A stretch of DNA of 63,093 nucleotides, the filler included, from Octopus bimaculoides (taxonomy: Eukaryota), in NCBI RefSeq assembly GCF_001194135.2. It is 3 parts of 3 records of this genome, joined end to end, with 100 filler letters (N's around TTAATTAATTAA, not from the genome) between each part and the next. Parts side by side here need not be neighbours in the genome. Positions count along the whole stretch, not along the records: positions 1 to 28,438 come from NC_068986.1; 2 more parts are not named here. One strand, given 5' to 3'. The number at the start of each line of letters is the position of its first letter. The stretch's first letter is position 1. Both the position numbers and the translations under genes were made by a program. Below the pieces are notes generated by a model. That model searched no databases. It saw only the letters and a program-made list of their open reading frames with translations, and had not been told where the DNA came from. This document shows positions 13,436 to 24,893 of the stretch, one piece after another.

Positions 13436-13951
13436 TTTTGATTTTCCCTGCATAACAATTTTTCCCCTCTCCTCACCATGTTGTACCACTTAAACATTTT
13501 CTTTGTTCTTGGATTTACCTAAGGAATACCCGATCTAACTGGGCATTATGAGCCACAACCAATATTATTAAGTATAAATCTTCTTCCACTATCTAACCTA
13601 TATTTTTCCGTGAATAGAATACCCAGCTTATACAGTTTTCACACAATATAAGGTGTCAATAGCTGGGATACCCAAGAAACAGTATTGTGCTATATTTTAC
13701 CATTCGTTATGTAGCTAAATTGAATTAAATGAAATTAAATATCCTTGCACAGCATTGCCCAATTGTTTGCTTTCCTTACTGCTCTCACCTATATACTAAC
13801 TCAAAGGGATGCCACTTATAGCAGTGTTTGAATAAGACATTCACACAACCACAATTCAACAGCTGTTCCAACTGGAATTTTGGTGGCACACCTCTTTGGG
13901 CACACAGTACCTGTTAATTTGACTCACCCTGACGAAAGCTCATAATATCCC

Positions 13952-14017
<66 letters not shown>

Positions 14018-14194
14018 TTGTGCGTGTGTGTGTGTGTGTTTGTGCGTGGGTGTGTGTTAATGTGTGTAAACATAAGTATATACACACGTACGCACATACA
14101 CGTGCACACACGCAAAGATACGCACACGTTCGCACTCACACACATATACACATATGACTAGTTTCTACACAATTTCTATCTACTAAATTCACAC

Positions 14195-14312
14195 TCAACA
14201 CAGATCGACCTGGGGCTTTAGTTGAAGACATTTGCCCAAGGTGCTGTACAGGAAACCGGAACCCGTGACTACGTGGTTGCTAATCGAGTTTCTTAACTTC
14301 ACAATGATGCCT
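14195..14312 (-). mobile_element. tRNA-derived SINE fragment (family B)
   Basis: GAAGACATTTGCCCAAGGTGC...GTGGTTGC...TTCTTAAC is homologous to the copies at 52811 and 61190. Confidence 0.7.
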
Positions 14313-14902
14313 GTTCTAATGTGGATGCGATATATTCTGGAGGAAACTGAGTGTCTATAGACAACATTATTTAAAGAATTTAGGAATATACGAAAGCAAT
14401 GTGCTGAAAAATGATTATGAATATATCGAACGTAACAATGAAGGACAGAACTCCACACGTCAGTATAAAACTAACAAAGCACTCCCTGCAAAATCAAGGA
14501 AGATAAATGGCTTTCCCACGCCCGATTTTAGAAAGGAAATCAAGTTCCAATAGAATTCTGAATGTATGATGATCAGATACGTAGTGTTCAATAATCTTAT
14601 ACGGCTGACATCTTTTCACGTCGCTCTCAGAGAATCTTTTGTCATTTATGTTTTACATGTTTCAGTCTTTAGACTGCAGGCAGGCTGGTGCACCGTATTG
14701 GAGAATTTTTAGACAAAATACTCAGCACCAGTACTTGTTTTAAAAAACTCTAGCTCTTATTCTATCTGTCTCCTGTGCCGAAGTGCTCAGTTACGGAGAC
14801 ATGGACACACCAATACTGATTGTCACATTGTGGGGGACAGACACGGACGCAAAGGCACATGCACACACACACACACTCAGACAAACGCATATTTATATAT
14901 AA

Positions 14903-15058
14903 ACGGCTGGCTTCTTTCAGTTTCCATCAACTAAATCCAATCGACTTTGGTCGCGCTGGGGTCCTAGCTGAAGACGTTTGCCCAAGTCCTCGCAGAGGGA
15001 TTGAATCCATAATAGTGCGGTTGAAAAGCAAGCTTCTTACCTCGCAACAAAGCTTAAG
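14903..15058 (-). mobile_element. tRNA-derived SINE fragment (family B)
   Basis: GGCTTCTTTCAGTTTCC...AAATCCA...GAAGACGTTTGCCCAAG...GCAAGCTTCTTACC is homologous to 52811-52954. Confidence 0.72.
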
Positions 15059-16256
15059 CATCTTAATATATTTTAAAATTTTATCTATCTTGTACAGCAA
15101 TTCATGGCATGTCATTGTATGATTTTTACTGCCCCGCACAAAGGATATTACACTCTAAATACAGGACAGACTTTACTGTTCTGTATGTTCACTTGCGGCA
15201 CGAATGAATAGTATTGTTCATGACATATGAAGAAATTTGACTGTTGTTGTATAATTTATCTATGACATTTTCTTATTTGCTATGGATTTGACTTGACACA
15301 TTGACATGCTTCCTGTCTCAGACGGAGATTGTAATCACAAGCTGGGATTCTATTTAAAACACTGTACTGTCTATTAAATTGCCTGGGTTCGACTCTCTAT
15401 TTACGAGTCATGAGTATTTAGCTACTGCGTCACTATTTAAATGTGTCTTAAGTAGAATTTTGCATTATACGCTAACATACATATCCTTCCAGTTAGTTTT
15501 CCACAATATTTTATCAGCAAATATAATAAGAAAATATTGAGAAGAAAATTAGAAATTACCGAACATATCTGACTCACCATCTCTAGTGCAATTTTAAAAG
15601 CATTGTAGTTCTTTTAGACGTTCTCTTGTATATTATGGTAAACTTTTTAATGGATGTTGTTTGCATATTTCATAAATATGTTAAACTTACAATATTTGAA
15701 GAAATTTACATTAAAGAATTTCACTTTGGCTAAATTATTATTTCTGGGAGAGCTAGTGTTGAAATGTAATAAAATATAATATAATATATATATATATATG
15801 TGTGTGTGGGGAGGTGTCCGTGTGTGTCCGTGTCTGCGTCTGTGTGTGTATACAAATATATATATNNNNNNNNNNNNNNNNNNNNNNNNNNNNNNNNNNN
15901 NNNNNNNNNNNNNNNNNNNNNNNNNNNNNNNNNNNNNNNNNNNNNNNNNNNNNNNNNNNNNNNNNNNNNNNNNNNNNNNNNNNNNNNNNNNNNNNNNNNN
16001 NNNNNNNNNNNNNNNNNNNNNNNNNNNNNNNNNNNNNNNNNNNNNNNNTATATATATACACGTACATGTGTGTATGAATTTATACACGCATGTTTGCGCA
16101 TGCATTTCTGCACACAAACATCGCGTTTAAAACATATTCTGCTTTACCATCCAGGGAAATTAAACGTTACAATAGCACTTTAACAACTTGTGTAGTTAAA
16201 TATGTCTCGAAATAGGTAGAGAAAATCGAGAGAACATACAGTAACATGTACGTACG

Positions 16257-16291
<35 letters not shown>

Positions 16292-16679
16292 AAGTTAAAA
16301 CAAAAATTATCGTGAATGAAATTATAGTTTTTATAAAACATATTGAACACGAAATATGTGGATAAAAACACACGGTTAAATACTGAATAACTCAGGTACG
16401 CCAACAGTATTTGTACGCAAAAATTCATGCATGATTCCGTTCCTGCTTTCGCCATTGTATACAAATTTACACACGTATGTATATATACATACATATACAC
16501 AGGGTTTGGATGAAATAATGAAAATACCTAGCATCATTGCATCATAATTTTGAAACATCTATAAAGTGTCAAACGCATGTATATTTTTATGTTTTTTTAT
16601 TATTAGTGTTGCTTAATACGTTTTGCTCAAATTGCTCTTTTCAGACATCACCAGATAAAGGTAATTAAAATTCATTAGA

Positions 16680-17466
16680 ATGACAGATCAACCGGGCTTT
16701 CAAAGAGGTCAAATTGTTGGTGCTCGTATGGCAGGTGCTAGCGTAATGAAAACAGCCCAAATGTTTGGTTTGGTGTATCAAGAAGTACTGTCCTGAAAGT
16801 AATGATTTTGAAAAAGAGGGAAAAACCTTTTCGTCGAAATAAAAACACGGAAGAAAACAAAAATTTCAAATAGGGACCGTCGAACTTTTACGTGAATTGT
16901 TAGAAAGGATCACAAAGTACATCTTCGGCAATTACTACAGAGTTTAATGACCACCTAGGGAATCAAGTTTCCGCAAACATTGTTCGCCGCGAGCTGCAAA
17001 CACTCGGATTTCACGGGAGGGCTGCAATCAGAAAACCACTGCTTACAAAAACAACATTAGAAAGCGTTTAGAGTGGAGTAAAAATCTACAGAAGTGGTCC
17101 CTAGAGCAGTGGAAATATGTTGTTAAACCTGAAGGAGGACCTGTGATGATCTGAGGGGCGGCTATATCTTATAAATCGGTCGGCCCAATGGTTTCCCTTC
17201 ATGGCAGAATTAATAGTCAAGACAATTGAAGCATTTTATTTGATAAAATTCATCCTAAAGTTGCGGAACTGCTTTCAGAGGGAAACGCAATGTTTCAGGA
17301 CGATAAGGAACCAGTTCACATAGCTAAAGATGTTACTGAATGACACGAGGAACATTATAGTGAAGTTGAACATCTTATCTGGCCACCACAGACCCCAGAT
17401 CTCAATATTATTGAACATTTATGAAGCATTTTAGAAAAACAAGTAAGGAGTCGATATCCTACACCA
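16680..17466 (+). mobile_element. Tc1-superfamily transposase pseudogene with DD36E spacing (Incomer-like), internally deleted
   Basis: MTDQPGFQRGQIVGARMAGASV...VRRELQTLGFHGRAAIRKPLL...KRLEWSK...[first-D region deleted]...GGPVMI*G...FQDDKEPVHIAKDVTE*HEEHYSEVEHLIWPPQTPDLNIIEHL*SILEKQVRSRYP. D is at 17302-17304 and E at 17413-17415, with exactly 36 codons between them. Confidence 0.9.
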
Positions 17467-17479
17467 TTTATGCATATTC

Positions 17480-17650
17480 ATTTATTCTTTCACTTGTTTT
17501 AGTCATTTGATTATGGCCATGCTGGAGCACCACTTAAGGTGATTTAGTCGACGGAATCGACCACAGGACTTCTTCATTGTAACTATAGTACTTATTTTAT
17601 TGGTTTCTTCTACTCAACGACTAGATAACGGAGACATAAACACACCAACA
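17480..17650 (-). mobile_element. SINE family B 3' portion
   Basis: CTTGTTTTAGTCATTTGATTATGGCCATGCTGGAGCACC...TTTAGTCGAC...ATCGACC.CAGGACTT is shared with the 43378 and 34545 copies. Confidence 0.7.
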
Positions 17651-17725
17651 TCATTAGTCAAGCGATAGTGAAAGGAAAAAACAGAGATACAAAACAAACA
17701 CACAAATACATACAATCATTCCGTC

Positions 17726-17794
<69 letters not shown>

Positions 17795-18734
17795 NNNNNN
17801 NNNNNNNNNNNNNNNNNNNNNNNNNNNNNNNNNNNNNNNNNNNNNNNNNNNNNNNNNNNNNNNNNNNNNNNNNNNNNNNNNNNNNNNNNNNNNNNNNNNN
17901 NNNNNNNNNNNNNNNNNNNNNNNNNNNNNNNNNNNNNNNNNNNNNNNNNNNNNNNNNNNNNNNNNNNNNNNNNNNNNNNNNNNNNNNNNNNNNNNNNNNN
18001 NNNNNNNNNNNNNNNNNNNNNNNNNNNNNNNNNNNNNNNNNNNNNNNNNNNNNNNNNNNNNNNNNNNNNNNNNNNNNNNNNNNNNNNNNNNNNNNNNNNN
18101 NNNNNNNNNNNNNNNNNNNNNNNNNNNNNNNNNNNNNNNNNNNNNNNNNNNNNNNNNNNNNNNNNNNNNNNNNNNNNNNNNNNNNNNNNNNNNNNNNNNN
18201 NNNNNNNNNNNNNNNNNNNNNNNNNNNNNNNNNNNNNNNNNNNNNNNNNNNNNNNNNNNNNNNNNNNNNNNNNNNNNNNNNNNNNNNNNNNNNNNNNNNN
18301 NNNNNNNNNNNNNNNNNNNNNNNNNNNNNNNNNNNNNNNNNNNNNNNNNNNNNNNNNNNNNTATATATATATATATATATATACACATATATATGTATAT
18401 ATATATACATATAAATATATATGCGCAGACAGATAGATAGATACATGCATGCATACATGTATATATGTGTGTGTCTTTGTGTTTCTATGTATACGTGTAT
18501 ATATATGTATATCATATATTATGTGAGTAAGTGGTTGCAAATTTAAATCTAATATTAAAGAAGAAAGGTATGACCGGAATTTGATATTTCTATATCAATC
18601 ATATAACACTGTAATTTTTATTGCTTGAAAAGGATGAAATCAGTATATATATATTGTTATAATATTATGAGTCCAGACCATCTTGAATTCATTCTTTCGG
18701 TAATCAGGAACCAATAATCAGGAACTATTATTGA

Positions 18735-18893
18735 TATACAAAGGCCAATTCAACACAGTACCACAGTCTTTCTTGAAACAATACAATGAATAATGGTTGA
18801 AATATTTGCGATCTGCATTGTTGGAAGCTGTCTAGGCATATGTGGATTCCTTTGACAGTTTGTGAATCAATATCTGAGTGACAGTCATCGTGG

Positions 18894-18900
<7 letters not shown>
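18735..18900 (+). mobile_element. Possible degenerate 3' terminus of an R4/Dong-like element, followed by (CTA)n/(AAT)n
   Basis: Weak NTVPQSFLKQ...KYLRSALLEAV similarity to RLE-element C-termini, directly followed by trinucleotide tails; heavily decayed. Confidence 0.35.
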
Positions 18901-18940
<40 letters not shown>

Positions 18941-18941
18941 A

Positions 18942-18982
<41 letters not shown>

Positions 18983-19325
18983 TAATAATAATAAGGCTAT
19001 CAACAACAACCAAAACAAAATTAAAAACGCAAACAACCACAATGTAATAAAACAACGACGACGACGATGAAGATGATGGTGATGATGATGATGATGATGA
19101 TGATCANNNNNNNNNNNNNNNNNNNNNNNNNNNNNNNNNNNNNNNNNNNNNNNNNNNNNNNNNNNNNNNNNNNNNNNNNNNNNNNNNNNNNNNNNNNNNN
19201 NNNNNNNNNNNNNNNNNNNNNNNNNNNNNNNNNNNNNNNNNNNNNNNNNNNNNNNNNNNNNNNNNGAAGAGGAGGAGGAGGAGGAGGAGGAGGAGGACGA
19301 CGACGACGACGTTGATGACGGTGAT
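18891..19325. repeat. Compound trinucleotide array (CTA)n-(AAT)n-(GAC/GAT)n-gap-(GGA)n-(GAC)n
   Basis: Direct inspection. Confidence 0.95.
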
Positions 19326-19344
19326 GATGTGCTAAGTACAGCCC

Positions 19345-19790
19345 CAGCAGGACATTGAATTGGTATGAGGCTAACTCAAAATGCATCACCCAGAATAATG
19401 GTCATAAGATCTTGAGGTTATTTTACAATTCATTGTGATTCAGTGACTGTTGCTCGGAGATCAGGCGTTGTCGTAGTAGAGGAAATCATGAAGGAAACCA
19501 GAATCATGCATATTGTCAAACCTGATGATGTATCAAAACAAGATTGAGCTATGCAAGCCACTAAAAGATGGGATTGCACGAATGTGGGCAATCACGAAAG
19601 TTACTCTTATCTCAGTAATTGGTGGGTCACTAAGAGCATTTATTATCAGGTTTGAGATATTTGTTGGAGAAATAGGGCTTGCCTTGGAGGTAGAACATGC
19701 TCAGAACATGCTCAGAACATGCTCAAAAAACTGCTCTCATAGGGACAGCGACAATTTGGAAATTGGTACATGGGTGTTATGTATCATGGA
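19345..19790 (+). mobile_element. R4/Dong-clade restriction-like endonuclease (RLE) domain relic
   Basis: WYEANSKCITQNNGHKIL..FTIHCDSVTVARRSGVVVVEEIMKETRIMHIVKPDD...KIELCKPLKDGIARMWAITKVTLISVIGGSL...EVEHAQ..KTALIGTATI. This matches the W.H.P..V.EN...KILWDF.I.CD....ARRPD.V...KIEKY..LK.E..R.W...LQK.ALLGTA pattern. Confidence 0.82.
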
Positions 19791-21433
19791 AAGAGACCCT
19801 GTGAGAATCCTGTCCACAAGTTGTTGTCCGCTCTTACACAGTTAGCCGGAGCCAAATTGGTGGTTTGATAGGCAGTTGTTTTCTACAAACAACCCCAGCT
19901 CAACAATTTGATATCGAACGAGACCTTACGGTAGTTTTCTTTCTCTGCGTAAATCTGACATATAGCTGGTTAGCGACATATCCGTGCCAGTACAGGGTAT
20001 ATCAAACTGACATCAAATCTATATGACGTATATTGAAAATGGATATTTTAATTTCGTTTTGATACCCTTTCATGCAATCATCCTTAATTCAATGATACAG
20101 TTGATTACTATGGGTTAATTTTAATGAGTGACATTCAAGTTTCCTGAAACTTGGTGCTCAGCTTGTAGTTCAATTTTTTTTAATTTGTTCTCGAACTTTA
20201 ATTCCATCATAGTGCCGATACATGTGGACCAATTCCTCATGCTGATGGCATGTTCAAGTTTCTGGAATATCTCAAATAAACTAGTCAGTAACGGCAAATG
20301 CTAAACCTCTACTCCGATATGCAGACGTTCAACTATTGTCATATAAAAAAGAACTGGTGCAAAACAAGACAAATATGCAGTAGTAAATAAGAGGCGACAA
20401 TATCCACATTTGCAAGCCCTGATCTATATTTTCGGTAGCCACACAACTGTCAAATTGTTTGTGCGGCACATAACTACGTCTGTAACTACGAATGTGTATG
20501 TAAAGATTTCTAAGCAAGTCCTTGGAAAGTACTACAGAAAATCTTGTATTCCCTATCTTTTTGCTATTCAGAGAATAGTTCATTTTGGACGCCCTCTAAC
20601 GGAATAGCATCCATTAGTATTTCATTTGGGATTAGGTCTGCTGAACTGAGAAATGGTGGTATGAACCTGATTTGGCTCCTTATCAAGTTCTATTTCATAT
20701 TGGTGGAAAAATGACATTGTATGCTCAGACATTTTTGTGTATCTCATGACAACGTTATGATTCGTGTGTGATAGCGATGAATTCTTTGAGAACATTCTTC
20801 AAAGGTGGCTTCCTACATACGTTTCATATTTCTCACGTTTTACTGCCGTTCAACCGAAAGGAATATAATGTTCAACGTACTCAAGATCGGGAACCAAAAA
20901 ATCACAGACTGTTTCTAAGTCACTGTTACTCTTAGCTTGAATACTTAATGAACAAGAAGAAAAACCTGCACGAAGACTCAGTCAACTGTCTCACACCGAA
21001 TGTTTAACAAAATTACACACTAATTCAACGAAATAATTAAATCTCAGAACATGCATGTCAGCAAGTTTCGGATAACGTCTGCATCTGTGTATGTATGGCT
21101 GTATGTAATGTATCTGTGTATTTTTAAGTATACATGATTGCATGCACAGGATGTTGAGAAGGTGTGTTTGCACAAAAAGAAACAAATATCCGCACAGACG
21201 CACACATACATTGACGAAGGCAAACATTCGGAGATACTTATGAGTGAGATTAGAGACAAGTAGGTTCATAGAGAGTACGATTAGGTTACAGTCATAATAG
21301 TAGAGACACTCATCTGTATATAAATTTATGAGTAGAACGTATACGAAAATTTATAAATTTTACATGAGCGTTCTGCTTTTTATTCATTTATAGGCAATAT
21401 TACACTACAGCTCCGTAATGTGTATTTAATATT

Positions 21434-21483
<50 letters not shown>

Positions 21484-21508
21484 GATGTGTGTGTGTGTGT
21501 GTATGTGT

Positions 21509-21546
<38 letters not shown>

Positions 21547-23375
21547 ATACATATATTTACGTCAATATGAACACGTATGCAGACATTCACATGCGTATAT
21601 GTACAATGCCAGACCTAGAAAATATTGTACAGTGTAAAGAAGGATGAGGCAACAACAACGAAAATACAGACACACATATACAAATATATGGAGGAACTAA
21701 GACTTACAATACTATATACACGCACATGCGCTCGCTTGTGTGTGTGTGTGTGTGTGTAATTGAACGTATTTCCATTTCCATGGAATTTGAATATTAATAA
21801 GTCATTACTAATTTAAAACTTGTAAAAGATTTGTTGGGAAAGAAAGGAAAAATATAAAAAAAAATCGTCAAAAAGAATAAAAATATTTTGAAAAAACCTC
21901 ACGAAAAGCGCACATAGACACTCTAACAAAATACGTAATCAAGTATACGCACACAAAAGCACACACAACTACACATATAGAATCACACAGATGTTCAAAC
22001 ATACAAAATGTAGAAATTGATAAAAAAATAAATAAATAAGAATAAAAGACAACTGCAACAAATAACAAGCAACAGCACCTCGACAATGCTGATTATAATA
22101 GAACTAACTGGAAGAGCGTAAAAATTCGACTAAATACATCCTAATATAATGAAACGAATTTTCTAATTAAATTTTCAGCAATATGTATGTATATATNNNN
22201 NNNNNNNNNNNNNNNNNNNNNNNNNNNNNNNNNNNNNNNNNNNNNNNNNNNNNNNNNNNNNNNNNNNNNNNNNNNNNNNNNNNNNNNNNNNNNNNNNNNN
22301 NNNNNNNNNNNNNNNNNNNNNNNNNNNNNNNNNNNNNNNNNNNNNNNNNNNNNNNNNNNNNNNNNNNNNNNNNNNNNNNNNNNNNNNNNNNNNNNNNNNN
22401 NNNNNNNNNNNNNNNNNNNNNNNNNNNNNNNNNNNNNNNNNNNNNNNTATATATATGTGTGTGTGTGTGTGTGAGTGTGTATCTGTGTGTGTGTGTGTGT
22501 GTGTGCATTTGTGTGTGCATGCTTGTGTACATATATATGTGAATGTGCACATATAAATATATACATGCATATATTCATATGTGTATAAATATATGTGTAT
22601 ATACACATTCATATATATGTGTGTGAGTGAGAGAGAGAGAGAGCACATTTATAAGATAAAATGCAACAAATAAACAATATATTTTTCAGCTGATAACATT
22701 TCGAGTATTATCAATTCGTATTTGCTTTTATTTGTCTTCTATGCGATTTTTACGCATTTATTTACAGAAGTCGTACAAAATCTATAGATGTCTGGGAAAT
22801 ATTGGTATAACTACTTTTGTTGAATTATATGGTGTCTTAATGATGTCCACGCGACGTATCTCAATCATACTCTCTCTATATATACATATGAATATAGTTA
22901 ATGTAGAGGTGTAGAACACATAATGCGTGCGTATATGCATATTTATATATATATTCTATTCAAACCTGATTCTGTGTGCGATTTTCCAGTTCTCGAACAT
23001 CACATAAGACAATAAAGCATGCACGCAAACACTCACAGACGCATACAAGGAAGCAAACAAAAATGCAGGGACACACAGACGTGAATTATCTAGCGTTTGG
23101 TAAATCCCTTTCTCAATCAGAAATTAGAACGATTGTCTGAATGTAAGCCATGTATCATATCGCGTTGCCTGTGTTTTTTTTTTGTTTTTTTATTTGCTTT
23201 TTATCTTCTCCGGATATTTGGAAGAATGATTCCCAAATATTGTATACTGATTACTGCAGCCTAACGCGGATAATTTTTTTCTCTTTATACCTCATACATA
23301 ATTATATGAAGTCATTTTTCTTTTCATTAATTACTGGTAATATCTTTCTTAATCATGATAAAAACATGTAGCGAG

Positions 23376-23690
23376 CGTGGAGGTGCACTGGCCCAGTGGT
23401 TAAGGTAGCCGACTCGCGTTCGTTGGGTCGCCGTTTCGATTCTCCGACGGAGTGTTGTGAAAGTTTATTGAGCGAAAACACCTAAAGCTACACGACGTTC
23501 TGATACTTTCGCCACAACTTTCTCTCAGTCTTTCTTCCTGTTTTTGTTGTACCTGTATTTCAAAGGGCCAGCCTTGTCAAACTCTGTCTCACGCTGAATC
23601 TCCCCGAGAACTAGGTTAAGGTTACACATGTCTGTGCAATGCTCAGCCACTTGCACGTTAATTTCACGAGCATGCAGTTCTGTTGATCTC
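23376..23690 (+). mobile_element. tRNA-derived SINE (family D)
   Basis: tRNA-like head with A-box TGGCCCAGTGG and B-box-like GTTTCGATTC. The body is homologous to the inverted copy at 45706-46022 (GAGCGAAAACACCTAAAGCT..., CTCAGCCACTTGCACGTTAATTTCACGAGCA). Confidence 0.85.
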
Positions 23691-24676
23691 TTCATAGCGT
23701 ATTTCGAAAAAAGGATGGCAAAATTTGCTAAACAAGGAAGCCATCAGAATAAAGCCTTGGCGAAGCTTGTACACACGATCACAATTACGATGGAAACGTT
23801 TTGGTCCAGCACGGACCAAAAACAAGCTAATACATCACAAAATAAAACAAGGTTAGTTTGGATATTTCGTGAAGCCTACAGGGTTACCAATTTGGCTCGT
23901 CACTCAGTAAATTAGAAACCAGTGTTGGATGCCAAAACGAGTAAAAATGTAAAATATATCATATATGCGCCTCTCGACAAGGTCTTATGGACCAAAATGT
24001 GTTTTTTATATATTTTGCAAGCTTACGTTATATCGTTTGTGTTTTCAGACTATATTTCTGTAAATATTAATGATTAATAAACATAATTTTATGGCTATTC
24101 TCAAAAAGTTTAACCAAAGCAAGATTTAATTAAATTTTTAATATGCTAAAAAAAAAAATCACTATATTCCTGAACAGTTATGTTGACTTTGTTTATTTTC
24201 AACCAGATATCAAGATATGGAAAAGTTATAAAGTTTTGGCACAGCGTTTTTTTGTTTTTTTGTTCACACATATCATATCCCGTTGTCACACACGTTACAG
24301 AAGATAGCGAGAATTGTGACCACAGATACACTTGTCCAGCAAAATCATTAGTATTTCTTTTTTTAATTTCAAAGTGAATGAAGCTTTTAATGCTGATTTG
24401 GAGAAATCCAGATGAATTAACAGAAACTATTTGCAGGAGAGTATAAGTTTGTGCGACGTCACGTACGTCACAGTTTTGGGAGCATATTCAAAAGAATTCA
24501 AAATACATTACAGGTAATTGCTTAATACTTATCTGGGTAGCCAAACAATACAATTCTTGTACATGTTGAAGATTTGCAGATTAGATACTTCATTACCGGT
24601 ATCTCTAAGTTGTCATGTACGCCATACGGGATTAGCTCTTTAATGAATTTTGGCCCGTTTCAAAATATAATCTGAA

Positions 24677-24893
24677 GGCAGCGCGCTGGCAGAATTGTTA
24701 TCATGTTGGGGGAACATGCCAAGCGGTGATACGTCCGTCCATCTTTACATTCTGAATTCAAATTTCGCAGGGGTCAACTTTGCCTTACATTCTCTTGAGG
24801 TCATTAAAATAAGTACCAGTCAAGCACTGGTGTCAATGTATTCGACTCACCCGCTCTTTCGAACTTGCTGGACTTTCTCCAAAATTTGAAACC
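24677..24893 (+). mobile_element. tRNA-derived SINE (family A)
   Basis: GGCAGCGCGCTGGCAGAATTGTTA...TTCTGAATTCAAATT...AAGTACCAGT...CCAAAATTTGAAACC is homologous to 59439-59672. Confidence 0.85.

Noticed and set aside
2890-15580. Several consensus minus-strand donors (2890, 10938, 13923, 15580) suggesting one long gene
   Set aside because: GTAAGT/GTGAGT hexamers are expected many times per strand in this much AT-rich sequence, and no coherent reading frame links them.
20480-20800. Possible LINE 3' end on the minus strand (RGRPK motif)
   Set aside because: Only a 5-residue motif survives; too degenerate to call.
23715-23851. ATG...AAG|GTTAGT candidate first exon after the family-D SINE
   Set aside because: Motif-only; the peptide is unrecognised and such donors are expected by chance.
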